Of a stretch of DNA of 64,000 nucleotides, positions 31,718 through 42,618 are shown one piece after another. The notes below the pieces were generated by a model. That model did no database searches and was not told the origin of the DNA. It saw only the letters and a list, made by a program, of their open reading frames with translations. The translations under genes and the position numbers were made by a program. The DNA comes from Candidatus Gottesmanbacteria bacterium RIFCSPLOWO2_01_FULL_42_22. Its GTDB lineage: Bacteria > Patescibacteriota > Microgenomatia > 2-02-FULL-39-11. Every line of letters begins with the position of its first letter. Position 1 is the first letter of the stretch. Where the stretch lies: positions 6,258 through 70,257 of the forward strand of contig MFJU01000001.1 in assembly GCA_001779315.1 (NCBI GenBank), in the 5' to 3' direction.

Positions 31718-33224
31718 TAAAGATTTTTTTAAAACTGTCCAGGAGTTTATTTAATTTACCTGCAGTCTCATCGCTGATTTTTTCTTCGGTTCTGATTTTT
31801 TTCAGGATATCCTTATGCTGGCCATTGATATAATCCAGATAGGCAAGTTCAAAATCGGCGATTTTGACTGTCTCAATATCATCCAGATAACCGTTGGTCC
31901 CTGCGTAAAATAAAACCACCTGCTCCTCGACACTCATGGGTTTGAACTGGCCCTGTTTTAGAAGCTCAATCATTCTGGCTCCGCGTTCGATCTGTTTTTT
32001 GGTTTTTTCATCCAGGTCTGTGGCAAATTGGGCAAAAGCGGCCATGTCGCGGTACTGGGCTAAATCCAGTCTTAATCTGCCGGCTACCTGCTTTATGGCC
32101 TTAATTTGGGCTGCTGCCCCGACTCTGGAAACTGACAATCCGACATTAATGGCCGGTCTGATACCGGCATAAAAAAGGTCAGATTCGAAATAAATCTGAC
32201 CGTCGGTGATGGAAATGACATTGGTCGGAATGTAGGCCGACATGTCTCCGGCCTGGGTTTCAATGATGGGAAGTGCCGTCAGAGAACCTCCGCCGTATTT
32301 TTCCGACAGGCGGGCGCTTCTTTCCAAAAGCCTGGAATGGAGGTAGAAAATGTCGCCCGGATAGGCTTCACGTCCTGAAGGCCTTCTTAAAATAAGCGAT
32401 ATCTGCCGGTAAGCCCAGGCATGCTTGGTTAAATCGTCATAGACAACCAGGGCATCTTTGCCCTTATCCATGAAATATTCACCGATAGCTGTACCCGTGT
32501 ATGGCGCGATATACTGCATGGAAGCAGGATCAGAAGCGTTGGCCGCCACAATAATCGTGTGTTCCAAAGCGCCGTTGCGGCTGAATAAATCAATTATTTG
32601 CGCAATTCTGGAGGCTTTCTGACCGATGGCTACATAAATACAAACTACATTCTTGCCTTTTTGGTTAATGATCGTATCCAGAGTGACCGCTGTTTTTCCG
32701 GTACCCCGGTCGCCGATAATAAGTTCCCTTTGTCCCCGACCGATAGGAATCATGCTGTCAATCGCTTTGATGCCGGTCTGAAGCGGAGTTGAGACAGGCT
32801 GGCGTTTGACCACACCCGGAGCCATTTTTTCTATCGGATAATATTTGTCAATTTTGACGGGACCTTTTCCATCCAGGGAATTACCTAAAGGATCGATTAC
32901 CCTGCCTATTAAATCCTCGCCTGCGCCTATTGATAACAGCCGGTCGATGCCTCTGACTATATCGCCTTCTTTGATATCCAGATAATCTCCTAAAATAACT
33001 ACACCTACCTGTTTTTCTTCCAGATTAATGGCCACACCCAAAACACCGTTGGCAAATTCCACCATTTCCGAATATGAGAGATCGTTAAGTCCGGAGACTT
33101 TAGCCACTCCGTCAGTAACTTCCATCACCTTACCGATAAATCCCGCTTCAATTTCCGGTCTGACTTTATCAAGTTTTTTAAGTAAATCACCGATAATGGC
33201 GCCGGTGGTAATTTTATTTGGCAT
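31710..33224 (-). CDS. atpA: F1 ATP synthase alpha subunit
   Basis: 504 aa; P-loop GDRGTGKT. Confidence 0.95.
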
Positions 33225-33228
33225 ATTT

Positions 33229-33474
33229 TTAACTTAAGGCTTCCTTAATTTTATGAAGATCCAGCGAAAGTGAGGCATCCAGATACCAATCACCCAGCTG
33301 GACCGTAAAACCTCCCAGGAGTTTCTTTTCAATTTCGTTAACCACGGCAATTTTTTCTCCGAAAATTTTTTCGAGCCTCGCCTTAATTTCTTCGCGCTGT
33401 TTGTCTGTCAGGAAAACAGAACTTTTAACCGTGGCTGTCTTTGCTCTCTCTGTATTCGATTCCTTATTTTTCAT
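33229..33474 (-). CDS. atpH: F1 ATP synthase delta (OSCP) subunit, truncated to the C-terminal domain only
   Basis: 81 aa; ..[22 protein letters not shown].. matches the delta C-terminal region. Upstream extension is blocked by the in-frame atpF stop 3 codons before the ATG. Confidence 0.6.
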   Translation of the reverse strand: MKNKESNTERAKTATVKSSVFLTDKQREEIKARLEKIFGEKIAVVNEIEKKLLGGFTVQLGDWYLDASLSLDLHKIKEALS

Positions 33475-33483
33475 TTTTTTTAC

Positions 33484-33981
33484 TTAAATATTGGATTTGG
33501 CAATTTCCTTAATCTTGCGGTCAATCAGAGCTTTCTGCGTGTTTTCAGTGAGAGCTTCTTTTATGACTTTTTCAACAATCTTTTCAGCGATCATAACCGC
33601 TTCGCGCCTTAAATCCTTTGCCAAATCTTCCTTCATTGCCTCAATTTCGCGTTTTCCTTTAGCGATAATTTCCTGAGCCTCCCTTTGGGCTTTTTCCAAC
33701 AATTCTTCTTCCCGTTTTTTGGCAGCCCGTTTGGCTTCTTCAATAATTGTTTTTCCATCACTTCTGGCTCTTACTAGAATCTCATCACGTTTTTTTTCAC
33801 TTTTTTCAAATTCGCTTTTCATTTTATCGCTGTATGACAAACCCTCCTCAATTTTTTTCTTCCTGTCAGCTAAAACCTTCAGAATGGGTTTGTAAAGGAA
33901 TTTTTTCAAAATCAGCAAAAGCAGCAGGAAATTAATTGACTGTAACAGTAATGATATTGGTTGTATGCCTAAATTTTCCAT
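33484..33981 (-). CDS. atpF: Fo ATP synthase b subunit
   Basis: 165 aa; single N-terminal TM then a long charged coiled coil. Confidence 0.8.
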   Translation of the reverse strand: MENLGIQPISLLLQSINFLLLLLILKKFLYKPILKVLADRKKKIEEGLSYSDKMKSEFEKSEKKRDEILVRARSDGKTIIEEAKRAAKKREEELLEKAQREAQEIIAKGKREIEAMKEDLAKDLRREAVMIAEKIVEKVIKEALTENTQKALIDRKIKEIAKSNI

Positions 33982-34006
33982 AATTTAAATTCCGTTTTAC
34001 TTGCCA

Positions 34007-34267
<261 letters not shown>

Positions 34268-34286
34268 TTAAATTTAATAAATTCTT

Positions 34287-35201
34287 TTAATGTTCTTCAT
34301 GGCTTACGGCCATTGAGAAAAAAACAGCTGCTAAAAGCGGAAAAACCATAGCCTGGATAAGACCGACAAATAATTCCAAACCCAGAAAAGGAATCGGCGC
34401 TAATAAAGGTATCAAAAAAGCGATAACTGTCAGCAGCACTTCTCCGGCAAAAATGTTACCGAATAACCTGAAGGCAAAAGAGACTATTCTGGCAAATTCA
34501 GAAATCAGCTCCAGAATACCGACGACAAAATTAATGGGATTGGAGATATTGAAAAACTTTTTAAGATAGGAAAAACCCAATGCTGACAGACCAGCGTACT
34601 GAACGTAACCGACAGTCATAATCGCCAGAGCCAAAGTCGTGTTCAAATCAGCTGAGCCGGAACGGAACAATGGAATGAATTCGCTGTTTTTAACCGTCTT
34701 TTGATTTTCGGCGGCAGTCGCTGATTCGCCGGCGCTCTTTTCTCCCGCGGTAAACTCGGATGTTGCCGCTACAGCTCTGTTGGAAAAAAGCGCTTCTTTG
34801 CTTTCTTCGTTCTTAGTCAGACCGATGGTGCCCACACCCGGCAGTAAACCGGCCCAATTATTGAAGAAGATAAACAGAAAAAGAGTCATTAAGAAGGGAA
34901 AAAAACGCTGGATATTTTCCTTAAGTATTTCCTCAAATAAATTGTGGATGCCACCGACGGCCATTTCCATAATATTCTGCAAAGTTCCGGGAATCATTTT
35001 AATGTTCCCCGATGTCATCAGAGATAAAAATATCAGAACGGCCATCGAAAACCAGGTAGTCAGCAGGGCATTGGTCACCGGTATACCGAATAATTGAAAT
35101 AATGTCTCTGCTCTTAAAGAAATATGGACTGTAGGCATATTATTTGTTAAGTAAATCTTTGACGGTTTTATACATAGTATAAAGTCCGATAAATAACCCA
35201 A
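34287..35201 (-). CDS. atpB: Fo ATP synthase a subunit
   Basis: 304 aa; ..FRLFGNIFAGE.. with the conserved Arg. Confidence 0.9.
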   Translation of the reverse strand: MGYLSDFILCIKPSKIYLTNNMPTVHISLRAETLFQLFGIPVTNALLTTWFSMAVLIFLSLMTSGNIKMIPGTLQNIMEMAVGGIHNLFEEILKENIQRFFPFLMTLFLFIFFNNWAGLLPGVGTIGLTKNEESKEALFSNRAVAATSEFTAGEKSAGESATAAENQKTVKNSEFIPLFRSGSADLNTTLALAIMTVGYVQYAGLSALGFSYLKKFFNISNPINFVVGILELISEFARIVSFAFRLFGNIFAGEVLLTVIAFLIPLLAPIPFLGLELFVGLIQAMVFPLLAAVFFSMAVSHEEH

Positions 35202-35412
35202 AAAAAATTAGAGAGAGCGTTATTTTAGGAGCGGAATCAAATTTGTTATCCAAATAGGAGCCTAAAAAGGCTCCGCCGACTAAAGGGACAATTAGAGAAA
35301 AACCTATTCCCGATGCACCGGCAATTATGCCGATTATTTCCGGTTTTTTAAATTTCCCTTTCTCAGGCTTCTTATCCGAATCCGTGTCCCCAGCTGTTAT
35401 ATTTTTTTTCAC
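35140..35412 (-). CDS. Small membrane protein, AtpI/AtpZ-like ATP synthase protein I
   Basis: 90 aa; two predicted TM helices; sits immediately upstream of and overlapping atpB. Confidence 0.45.
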   Translation of the reverse strand: MKKNITAGDTDSDKKPEKGKFKKPEIIGIIAGASGIGFSLIVPLVGGAFLGSYLDNKFDSAPKITLSLIFFGLFIGLYTMYKTVKDLLNK

Positions 35413-35483
35413 TCTCTGATTTTAATATCTTAATTTTAGTTTAGACAGTAAGTTTCCGTCAAGATGCCGCTGCGATGCATCCA

Positions 35484-38400
35484 TCACACCAAAAGTTTGG
35501 CATCATCGACCAAAACTGCCAACCGCTCGTCTTTTTCGCTGACCTTGCCCTTGACCAAAACTACTTTGTCAGTTACCCAGGTAAATTTGGTCCTTTCATA
35601 AACTGTCGGGAAAACTACCAGTTCGATGGAACCGGTAAAGTCGTCTATTTTGACAAAGGCCATTTCCTGGCCGCCCTGCCTGGTGGTGATTTTTTTGACC
35701 TGGGTGACGATGCCGCCGATGACCACCGTTGATTTCACTTCAGAAGCCAGCATATTCAGGCGGTGAGAGACTCTTTTTTCCAGATCATTTATCTGGTTTG
35801 TCAAAGGATGCTCGGTGATATAAAAACCCAAAAACTGTTTTTCAAAAAGCAGCAATTCTTCCTTTGACAGTTCTTCCATTTCCGGAAATACATCAATGAT
35901 TTCCTCGCTTTCAGAAACCTCAAACAGGCTTACCTGTCCCTGGTCTTTTTTCTCCTGGCCTTTATGGACTCTTTCGATTATTTCCGAAAAAGCAGCCAGG
36001 AGAGAGGCACGTTTGCCGAACTGGTCCATCGCCCCTGCTTTGATCAGACTCTCGACCGTTTTACGGTTGACCTTTGAGAGGTCGACCCTTTTTATAAAAT
36101 CGGTAAATGACTTAAAATCTCCGTCTTTCTCGCGGGCTGCCAAAATAGAGTCAATGGCCGCCGTTCCGACATTCTTAATGGCCGACATGCCGAATCTTAT
36201 TTCGCCTTTGTCATCTTTTTCCGCTTCGATTTTAAACTCGACATCGGATTTGTTGATATTGGGACTCATAAGATTGATTTTCATCCGGCGGCATTCAAGA
36301 ATAGCCTGGGCAATCTTTTCATCACGGGAAGGTCCTGAAGCTCCCCGGCTTTCAGCAGCCAAAACCGCTGTCATAAACTCCACCGGATACTTCTGCTTCA
36401 TATAAGCAGTCTGGTAGGCGATTAAGGCATAAGAAGCGGAATGGGCTTTATTGAAACCATAGCCGACAAATTTCTCGATTAAGGAAAAGATATTTTCAGC
36501 CATGCTTACGCTTAAACCGCGGCTGGAACAGCCTTTAATAAATTTCTCCTTTTCCTTTTTCATGACTTCACGCTTTTTCTTGCCGATGGCCATCCGCAGT
36601 TTATCCGCTTCAACCATGGAATAGCCGGCCATTTTATTGGCGATCTGCATACATTGTTCCTGATAGACGGCAATGCCGTAGGTCTCAGCCAGAATCGGTT
36701 TCAAATCCGGATGCAGATATTTGATCTTGCGGGGATTTTCCTTGGCTTCGATAAAAGTGGGAATCCATTCCATCGGACCGGGGCGGAAAAGTGCTACCAT
36801 GGCTGAAATATCGGTAAATTTAGTCGGTTTTAAATCACGGGCTAATCTTCTCATGCCGGCTGATTCCATCTGGAAGATACCGGTTGTTTCACCGGAAGAA
36901 ATGAGTGTATAGACTGCCGGATCATTCAACGCCAGCACACTTAAATCAATTTCTATATTTTTTGTGGCTTTGACGAATCTAATGGCATTTTCCAGAATAG
37001 TCAGGTTTCTTAAACCTAACAGATCCATTTTAAGCAGTCCGACCGCTTTCCCTTCAGCCGCATTCAGGTCCAGACAGTACATGTCATATTGGGTAATAAT
37101 CCTTTGTCCCTTGGTCTCTCTTTGTAAAGGGGTGTATTCCGTCAGTTTCTTATCGGAGATGACCACCCCGGCCGCGTGAACTGAGGCATGGCGGGCTACC
37201 CCTTCCAATTTTCTGGCCTGGTCAATCAGTTTTTTGGTCTCCGGTTCATTTTGATATGCCTGGGACAATTCCGGCTGTGTTTGTACAGCCTTGTCAATAG
37301 TCATCGGAAAACCCTGGGCTCCCGGCGGTATAAGTTTGGCAATCCTGTCAGGTTGGGCATAAGGCATACCTAAAGCCCGCCCGACATCGCGGATGGCTGC
37401 CCTGGCCTCCATGGTACCGAAAGTAATTATTTGGGCAACCCGGTCATTGCCGTATTTTTCGGTGACGTAGGCGATAACTTCATCGCGCCGGGTATCGGCA
37501 AAATCCAGATCGATATCAGGAGGCGAAGGACGGTCAGGATTTAAAAATCTTTCAAACGGTAGGGAATGACGGATCGGATCAAGCTCGGTAATACCTGTTG
37601 AATAGGCCACTAGGCTGCCGGCAGCTGAACCCCGTCCCGGCCCGACCCCAATCCCCTGTCTTTTGGCCCAATTGACGAAATCAGCCACGATCAGAAAATA
37701 GGTCGAGTACCCCTTGACGGTAATGATGTTAAGTTCATAATCCAGCCTTTTTTTAAGTTCTTCCCTCATTTCGCTGTAGCGCTGTCTCATGCCTTCCAGA
37801 GCCGTTTTTCTCAAAAATGTTTCTGCTGTTTCACCCTCCGGTACTTCAAATTGAGGCAGGATCCATTTGCCCAATTCAATTTCTACATTGCACTTCTCGG
37901 CTATTTTGACCGTATTCTCGATCGCTTCCGGATATTGGATGAACAATCCCTTCATTTCTTCCCGGCTTTTCATATAAAAATCAGGTGAATTAAGCATGGA
38001 GAGAGGTCTTTTGGATTCCAGCATGGTATGCTGAGTCTGGATGCACAACAGGATTTCCTGGGTGTAGGCGTCATCGGGCATTATATAATGTATATCGTTG
38101 GTAGCGACCAGAGGCACTCCCAGCTTCCTTGAAAGCCCAATCATTTTTTCATTGACCGAATCCTGCTCGGGAATATTGGGATGTTTCTGGAGCTCAAAAT
38201 AGTAATCTTGGCCAAATATCTCCAAAAATTCCCTGGCCTTCTTTTCAGCTGTTTCTTCCTGCCTGTTTAAAAGAAGACTGGGCACCTGGCCGTTTAAACA
38301 GCCGGAAAGACAAATTAAACCTTCGCTGTGTTCTCTCAGAATTTCCAAATCGATGCGGGGCTTGTAGTAATAGCCTTCGAGATGGGCATGGCTGACCAGC

Positions 38401-38711
38401 TTCATCAGGTTGTGGTAACCGCTGTTGTTTTTAGCTAGAAGTAAAAGGTGATGCTGGTCGTTGTCAGCCCCGTTCTGTTTTTCCAGTCTGGAGCGGGCTG
38501 CCTGATAGGCTTCCACACCGATAATAGGTTTGATCCCGGCTTCGCGGGCCGCCAGAAAAAATTTAATCACCCCGTACATCGCCCCGTGGTCAGTAATGGC
38601 CAGGGATTTCATGCCTAATTCACGGGTGCGGGCCATCAAATCCTTAATCTTGGCTAATCCGTCCAGCAGCGAATATTCCGTATGTGTGTGCAGGTGTACA
38701 AAATCAGACAT
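35484..38711 (-). CDS. dnaE: DNA polymerase III alpha subunit
   Basis: 1075 aa; N-terminal PHP domain HLHTHTEYSLLDG; pol III alpha palm/fingers; OB-fold C-terminus. Confidence 0.95.
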   Translation of the reverse strand: MSDFVHLHTHTEYSLLDGLAKIKDLMARTRELGMKSLAITDHGAMYGVIKFFLAAREAGIKPIIGVEAYQAARSRLEKQNGADNDQHHLLLLAKNNSGYHNLMKLVSHAHLEGYYYKPRIDLEILREHSEGLICLSGCLNGQVPSLLLNRQEETAEKKAREFLEIFGQDYYFELQKHPNIPEQDSVNEKMIGLSRKLGVPLVATNDIHYIMPDDAYTQEILLCIQTQHTMLESKRPLSMLNSPDFYMKSREEMKGLFIQYPEAIENTVKIAEKCNVEIELGKWILPQFEVPEGETAETFLRKTALEGMRQRYSEMREELKKRLDYELNIITVKGYSTYFLIVADFVNWAKRQGIGVGPGRGSAAGSLVAYSTGITELDPIRHSLPFERFLNPDRPSPPDIDLDFADTRRDEVIAYVTEKYGNDRVAQIITFGTMEARAAIRDVGRALGMPYAQPDRIAKLIPPGAQGFPMTIDKAVQTQPELSQAYQNEPETKKLIDQARKLEGVARHASVHAAGVVISDKKLTEYTPLQRETKGQRIITQYDMYCLDLNAAEGKAVGLLKMDLLGLRNLTILENAIRFVKATKNIEIDLSVLALNDPAVYTLISSGETTGIFQMESAGMRRLARDLKPTKFTDISAMVALFRPGPMEWIPTFIEAKENPRKIKYLHPDLKPILAETYGIAVYQEQCMQIANKMAGYSMVEADKLRMAIGKKKREVMKKEKEKFIKGCSSRGLSVSMAENIFSLIEKFVGYGFNKAHSASYALIAYQTAYMKQKYPVEFMTAVLAAESRGASGPSRDEKIAQAILECRRMKINLMSPNINKSDVEFKIEAEKDDKGEIRFGMSAIKNVGTAAIDSILAAREKDGDFKSFTDFIKRVDLSKVNRKTVESLIKAGAMDQFGKRASLLAAFSEIIERVHKGQEKKDQGQVSLFEVSESEEIIDVFPEMEELSKEELLLFEKQFLGFYITEHPLTNQINDLEKRVSHRLNMLASEVKSTVVIGGIVTQVKKITTRQGGQEMAFVKIDDFTGSIELVVFPTVYERTKFTWVTDKVVLVKGKVSEKDERLAVLVDDAKLLV

Positions 38712-38712
38712 G

Positions 38713-39477
38713 TTACATTTTTATTACCGGAAATTCAGACTGCCAGGCTATTACCTTGTTTCTGCCTCCTGATGTAGCTAATGCTGACGGCCATTCCCCT
38801 TTAGCTACATAGAGTGCCGAATCTGCCCTACTTAGGATAGATCTTAGATCATCCTCCTTTCTAACAACAGTATATCCGATACTGGCAGTGATAGGTTCTG
38901 GAATCTTAACTCCCTCAATTTTGGATGCCAACTCAGATTCTATTGTTTGACGAAGTCTTTCCAACGCAACCATTCCCCCATCTTCTCCTGTATTGGAAAG
39001 AACTGCAGCAAATTCCTCTCCGCCTAATCTAGCGACGGCATCTGTTACCCGTAATGTTTCCCCTATAATTTGTGAAAATTTTTTTAAGACTTCATCCCCT
39101 ATTGCGTGACCGTAATTTGTATTAAATTGCTTAAAATGATCAAGATCAATCATCGCTATCACAAGAGGTTCGCTTGTTCTTTCGGCATGAGATTTCATCA
39201 TTTCCACAATTTTTTCGAAGCCACGTCTGTTCCAAACTGCCGTTAATTCATCGGTAGTACCCTTCATGATTAACAATGATAAATGATCCGCCAATGCCTG
39301 AGCTACTACCTCAATAGGCAACTGATCATTTTTTACAGATTGCAATAGTGAAATCATATTTTGCGCTATTTCACTGCTCTCAATTTGTCGATGTCTTTCC
39401 AGATTTAAAGGTATATTAATTGTTGCTTCTTTTGTACGTCTTTGAAGATATTGAAAATATTCCGTTCCATTATCCAT
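38713..39477 (-). CDS. GGDEF-domain diguanylate cyclase with a short N-terminal sensor region of unknown type
   Basis: 254 aa; ..LTAVWNRRGFE.., ..IDLDHFKQFNTNYGH.., active-site RLGGEEF; AT-richer codon usage than its neighbours. Confidence 0.8.
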   Translation of the reverse strand: MDNGTEYFQYLQRRTKEATINIPLNLERHRQIESSEIAQNMISLLQSVKNDQLPIEVVAQALADHLSLLIMKGTTDELTAVWNRRGFEKIVEMMKSHAERTSEPLVIAMIDLDHFKQFNTNYGHAIGDEVLKKFSQIIGETLRVTDAVARLGGEEFAAVLSNTGEDGGMVALERLRQTIESELASKIEGVKIPEPITASIGYTVVRKEDDLRSILSRADSALYVAKGEWPSALATSGGRNKVIAWQSEFPVIKM

Positions 39478-39484
39478 TAAGAGA

Positions 39485-40861
39485 TCATTTTAGCTTGTTT
39501 TCGAGGATTTTACGAGTGGTGGTGGCATCTGCACGACCATGAGATTGCCGCATGACCTGGCCTAAAAGAAACATTATGGCTGATTCTTTGCCGGCTTTGT
39601 AATCGACAACGGCTTTGGAATTGACAGCTAAGACTTTATTTATCACCTCCTCCAAATCTTTTTCGGACATGGGCAACTTTTGAGTCTTTGCTTGTATAAG
39701 ATTAACGAGTCCTTCCGGTGATAATTTGCTGATATCGGCCTTTTTATTGATGATCCAGTTGGCGACTGTTTTTGCAGGGATAGTTTTAGATTTGACGGCT
39801 TTTTCAAAATAATCCGCCGTTTTCTTGTCTTCGGTCAAGACTGTTGCATCGTATTCCGACAATCCATATTCTTTTATAAAGCGAGCAATCCTTGTATCCG
39901 GCAGTTCAGGAATTAGAGCTTTGAAATTTGAGATTTGAGACTTAGACCAGCGGATGGGAGGAATGTCCGGTTCCGGGAAGTAGCGGTAATCCTGGGCTTC
40001 TTCCTTGGACCTTTGGGAAAAAGTGACGCCTTTTTTTTCATCCCAGCCGCGGGTTTCCTGCTGCGGGTACTTACCTGTTTCCAAAATAGCAATATGTCTG
40101 TCCGTTTCGAAATCAATGGCTTTTTTGGCAAAAGAAAAAGAATTGATATTTTTGACTTCGACTTTATAAGGAGGCAATTTTTGAATTTTGTCCCGATTTA
40201 ATCGGGATTGAATTTTTTGGACTGATATATTCGGCTCCAATCTCATCGAGCCTTTTTCCATATCGGCATCGGAAATTTCCAGATAGCGGATAATCTGGTG
40301 CAGTTTTTTAAGGAAAATCCTGGCTTCCTCGCTTGACCGGATATCCGCTTCGGTGACGATTTCAACCAGAGGCACACCGCTGCGGTTGAAATCAATCAAA
40401 GAAACTTTCTTACTTGCCCCTCGTAGCCCGGAGGGCGAAGTGGGGTCGTCAACAGTCGCATGCATCAATTTACCGGTATCTTCCTCAAGATGGACGCGGG
40501 TTATGCCGATCCGCTTTTTTTCATTGCCGACTGTTATATCCAGAAAACCGCGGACGGCAAAAGGCTGATCATATTGGGAAATCTGGTAGCCTTTTGGCAA
40601 ATCAGGATAGAAATAATTCTTGCGGTCAAATTTGGAAAACAAAGGTATCTCGCAATTCAGAGCCAGTCCCAGTAAAACAGCCCATTCGACCGCCTTCCGG
40701 TTGGGAACCGGCAAAGCTCCCGGCAATCCCAGACAGACAGGACAGGTATAAATATTGGGTTTATCGGCACCGAAAGGGTCGTTTTTACAGCCGCAAAACA
40801 TCTTGGAGACGGTCTTGAGCTCCACATGAATTTCCATCCCGATAATTGGTTTATAATACAT
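39485..40861 (-). CDS. gatB: Asp-tRNA(Asn)/Glu-tRNA(Gln) amidotransferase subunit B
   Basis: 458 aa; N-terminal GMEIHVEL..CGC; C-terminal YqeY-like tail. Confidence 0.9.
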   Translation of the reverse strand: MYYKPIIGMEIHVELKTVSKMFCGCKNDPFGADKPNIYTCPVCLGLPGALPVPNRKAVEWAVLLGLALNCEIPLFSKFDRKNYFYPDLPKGYQISQYDQPFAVRGFLDITVGNEKKRIGITRVHLEEDTGKLMHATVDDPTSPSGLRGASKKVSLIDFNRSGVPLVEIVTEADIRSSEEARIFLKKLHQIIRYLEISDADMEKGSMRLEPNISVQKIQSRLNRDKIQKLPPYKVEVKNINSFSFAKKAIDFETDRHIAILETGKYPQQETRGWDEKKGVTFSQRSKEEAQDYRYFPEPDIPPIRWSKSQISNFKALIPELPDTRIARFIKEYGLSEYDATVLTEDKKTADYFEKAVKSKTIPAKTVANWIINKKADISKLSPEGLVNLIQAKTQKLPMSEKDLEEVINKVLAVNSKAVVDYKAGKESAIMFLLGQVMRQSHGRADATTTRKILENKLK

Positions 40862-40862
40862 A

Positions 40863-42275
40863 TTAAGAAATAATATCCGGTTTCTGTTTATGCCATTCGG
40901 TTACCTGCTGGTATTGATGCCCGATATTGAGAAGCAATTCTTCCGTAAACATTTTTCCGATCAGTTGCATGCCAATCGGCAGTTTGTCTTTGGTAAAGCC
41001 GCATGGTACTGCCAACGAAGGAACTCCGACGGGATTCTGGGTGACTGTATAAAAATCTGCCAATAAATTCTGCAATGGATCACTCATTAGTTCACCGATG
41101 ACCGTCGGCGGGGTGGGATTGACCGGCATTAAGATAGCGTCATATTTTGAGAGGATATCCTGATAAGCTTTGATGAACAAAGTTCTGGCTTTCTGGGCTT
41201 TCCGGTAAAAAGCGTCATAATAACCGGCTGATAAGGCATAGGTTCCGATCATGATCCGCCTAATGGTTTCTTCCGTAAATTTTGACCTGTCAAATCCATA
41301 TCTAATACCATCATATCTGGCCAAATTAGAACTGGTTTCGCAGGGAGCGATTACGTAATAAACTGCCAAACCGTAATCAAAAATTGGCATAGTCACTTCC
41401 TCGATTTCAGCTCCGATTTCGGCAAATTTATTTACTGCTTTCAAAATCGCGTTTTTGATTTCAACGTCAAGACCTTTACCAAGTAAATCTTTAGGGAGGG
41501 CAATTTTTCTGCCCTTGAGGGGTTTATTTAAAAATGAGGTATATTTCGGCACGGACGCAGGGGAACTAGTGGCATCATATGGGTCTTTGCCGGCAATTCT
41601 TTCCAAAATGACCGCACAATCTTCCGCGGACTTTCCCATCGGACCAATCGTATCAAAAGATGAAGCATAGGCTATAGCTCCATATCTGGAAACACGTCCG
41701 CAAGTAACTTTCAAACCCGTGATATTACACCAGGCAGCCGGATTCCTGATGGATCCGCCTGTATCTTCGCCTATGGCAAAGACAGTCATCCTTCCGGAAA
41801 TTGCCGCTGCCGGACCTCCGCTTGAGCCTCCGGCCACACGCTTTAAATCCCAGGGATTATGGGTCGGACCAAAATCGGTATTTTCCGTACTGCCGCCATG
41901 TCCCCAGGCATCCTGATTCATTTTACCGATTAAAAGAGCTCCCAAATCTAGCAGTTTTTTATAAACAGTCGCGTCATATTGAGGTATGTAATCAGCTAAA
42001 ACATTTGAAGCACAGGTTGTTCTGATACCGCGGGTTACATAGACATCTTTTAGGACAAAGGGCATGCCTGTCAGTAAATCAAATTCTTTCTTTCCGTTAT
42101 CCGTTTGACGCGCTTTATCCAAAACAGTTTTTTTATCAACAATTGTTATCGCAGAATTAATTCTGGAATCGTACTTTTCAATATTCCCATATGTTTCTTT
42201 AATTAATTCCTCACAGGAAAATTCCTTTTTCCGCAGTCCGAGATGAATTTCTTTAATTGATTTATCAGTTATCAT
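40863..42275 (-). CDS. gatA: Asp-tRNA(Asn)/Glu-tRNA(Gln) amidotransferase subunit A (amidase)
   Basis: 470 aa; amidase-signature GGSSGG(P)AAA region. Confidence 0.9.
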   Translation of the reverse strand: MITDKSIKEIHLGLRKKEFSCEELIKETYGNIEKYDSRINSAITIVDKKTVLDKARQTDNGKKEFDLLTGMPFVLKDVYVTRGIRTTCASNVLADYIPQYDATVYKKLLDLGALLIGKMNQDAWGHGGSTENTDFGPTHNPWDLKRVAGGSSGGPAAAISGRMTVFAIGEDTGGSIRNPAAWCNITGLKVTCGRVSRYGAIAYASSFDTIGPMGKSAEDCAVILERIAGKDPYDATSSPASVPKYTSFLNKPLKGRKIALPKDLLGKGLDVEIKNAILKAVNKFAEIGAEIEEVTMPIFDYGLAVYYVIAPCETSSNLARYDGIRYGFDRSKFTEETIRRIMIGTYALSAGYYDAFYRKAQKARTLFIKAYQDILSKYDAILMPVNPTPPTVIGELMSDPLQNLLADFYTVTQNPVGVPSLAVPCGFTKDKLPIGMQLIGKMFTEELLLNIGHQYQQVTEWHKQKPDIIS

Positions 42276-42586
42276 TCTTCTTCAAAAATGGCTTTAACCA
42301 TAAAATAACCGTTGTGCTTGTCTTTGGCGTTTGACAGAGCTTCTTCCTGGGTCAACATGCGTTCATTATCAACAATATCTTCCCTGAAAACATTTTCTTG
42401 TCCGGTCACCTGCGCGGTTTCTTCAATATTAGCTGTATTTAAGGATTGAAGTTGGGATACGTAAGATAAGATGGATGATACGCTATCTGCCAGTTTCTTG
42501 ATTTGTTCCTCATTAAGACTTAAATTTGCCAGTTTTGCCAATTTATAAATTTCTTCCGGAGTAAGTTTGGTGTTCTTATCAGCCAT
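42272..42586 (-). CDS. gatC: Asp-tRNA(Asn)/Glu-tRNA(Gln) amidotransferase subunit C
   Basis: 104 aa; GatC-like, 4-nt overlap with gatA. Confidence 0.8.
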   Translation of the reverse strand: MADKNTKLTPEEIYKLAKLANLSLNEEQIKKLADSVSSILSYVSQLQSLNTANIEETAQVTGQENVFREDIVDNERMLTQEEALSNAKDKHNGYFMVKAIFEEE

Positions 42587-42618
42587 AATAATTACGTATA
42601 GTTTATTATAATATTTTT

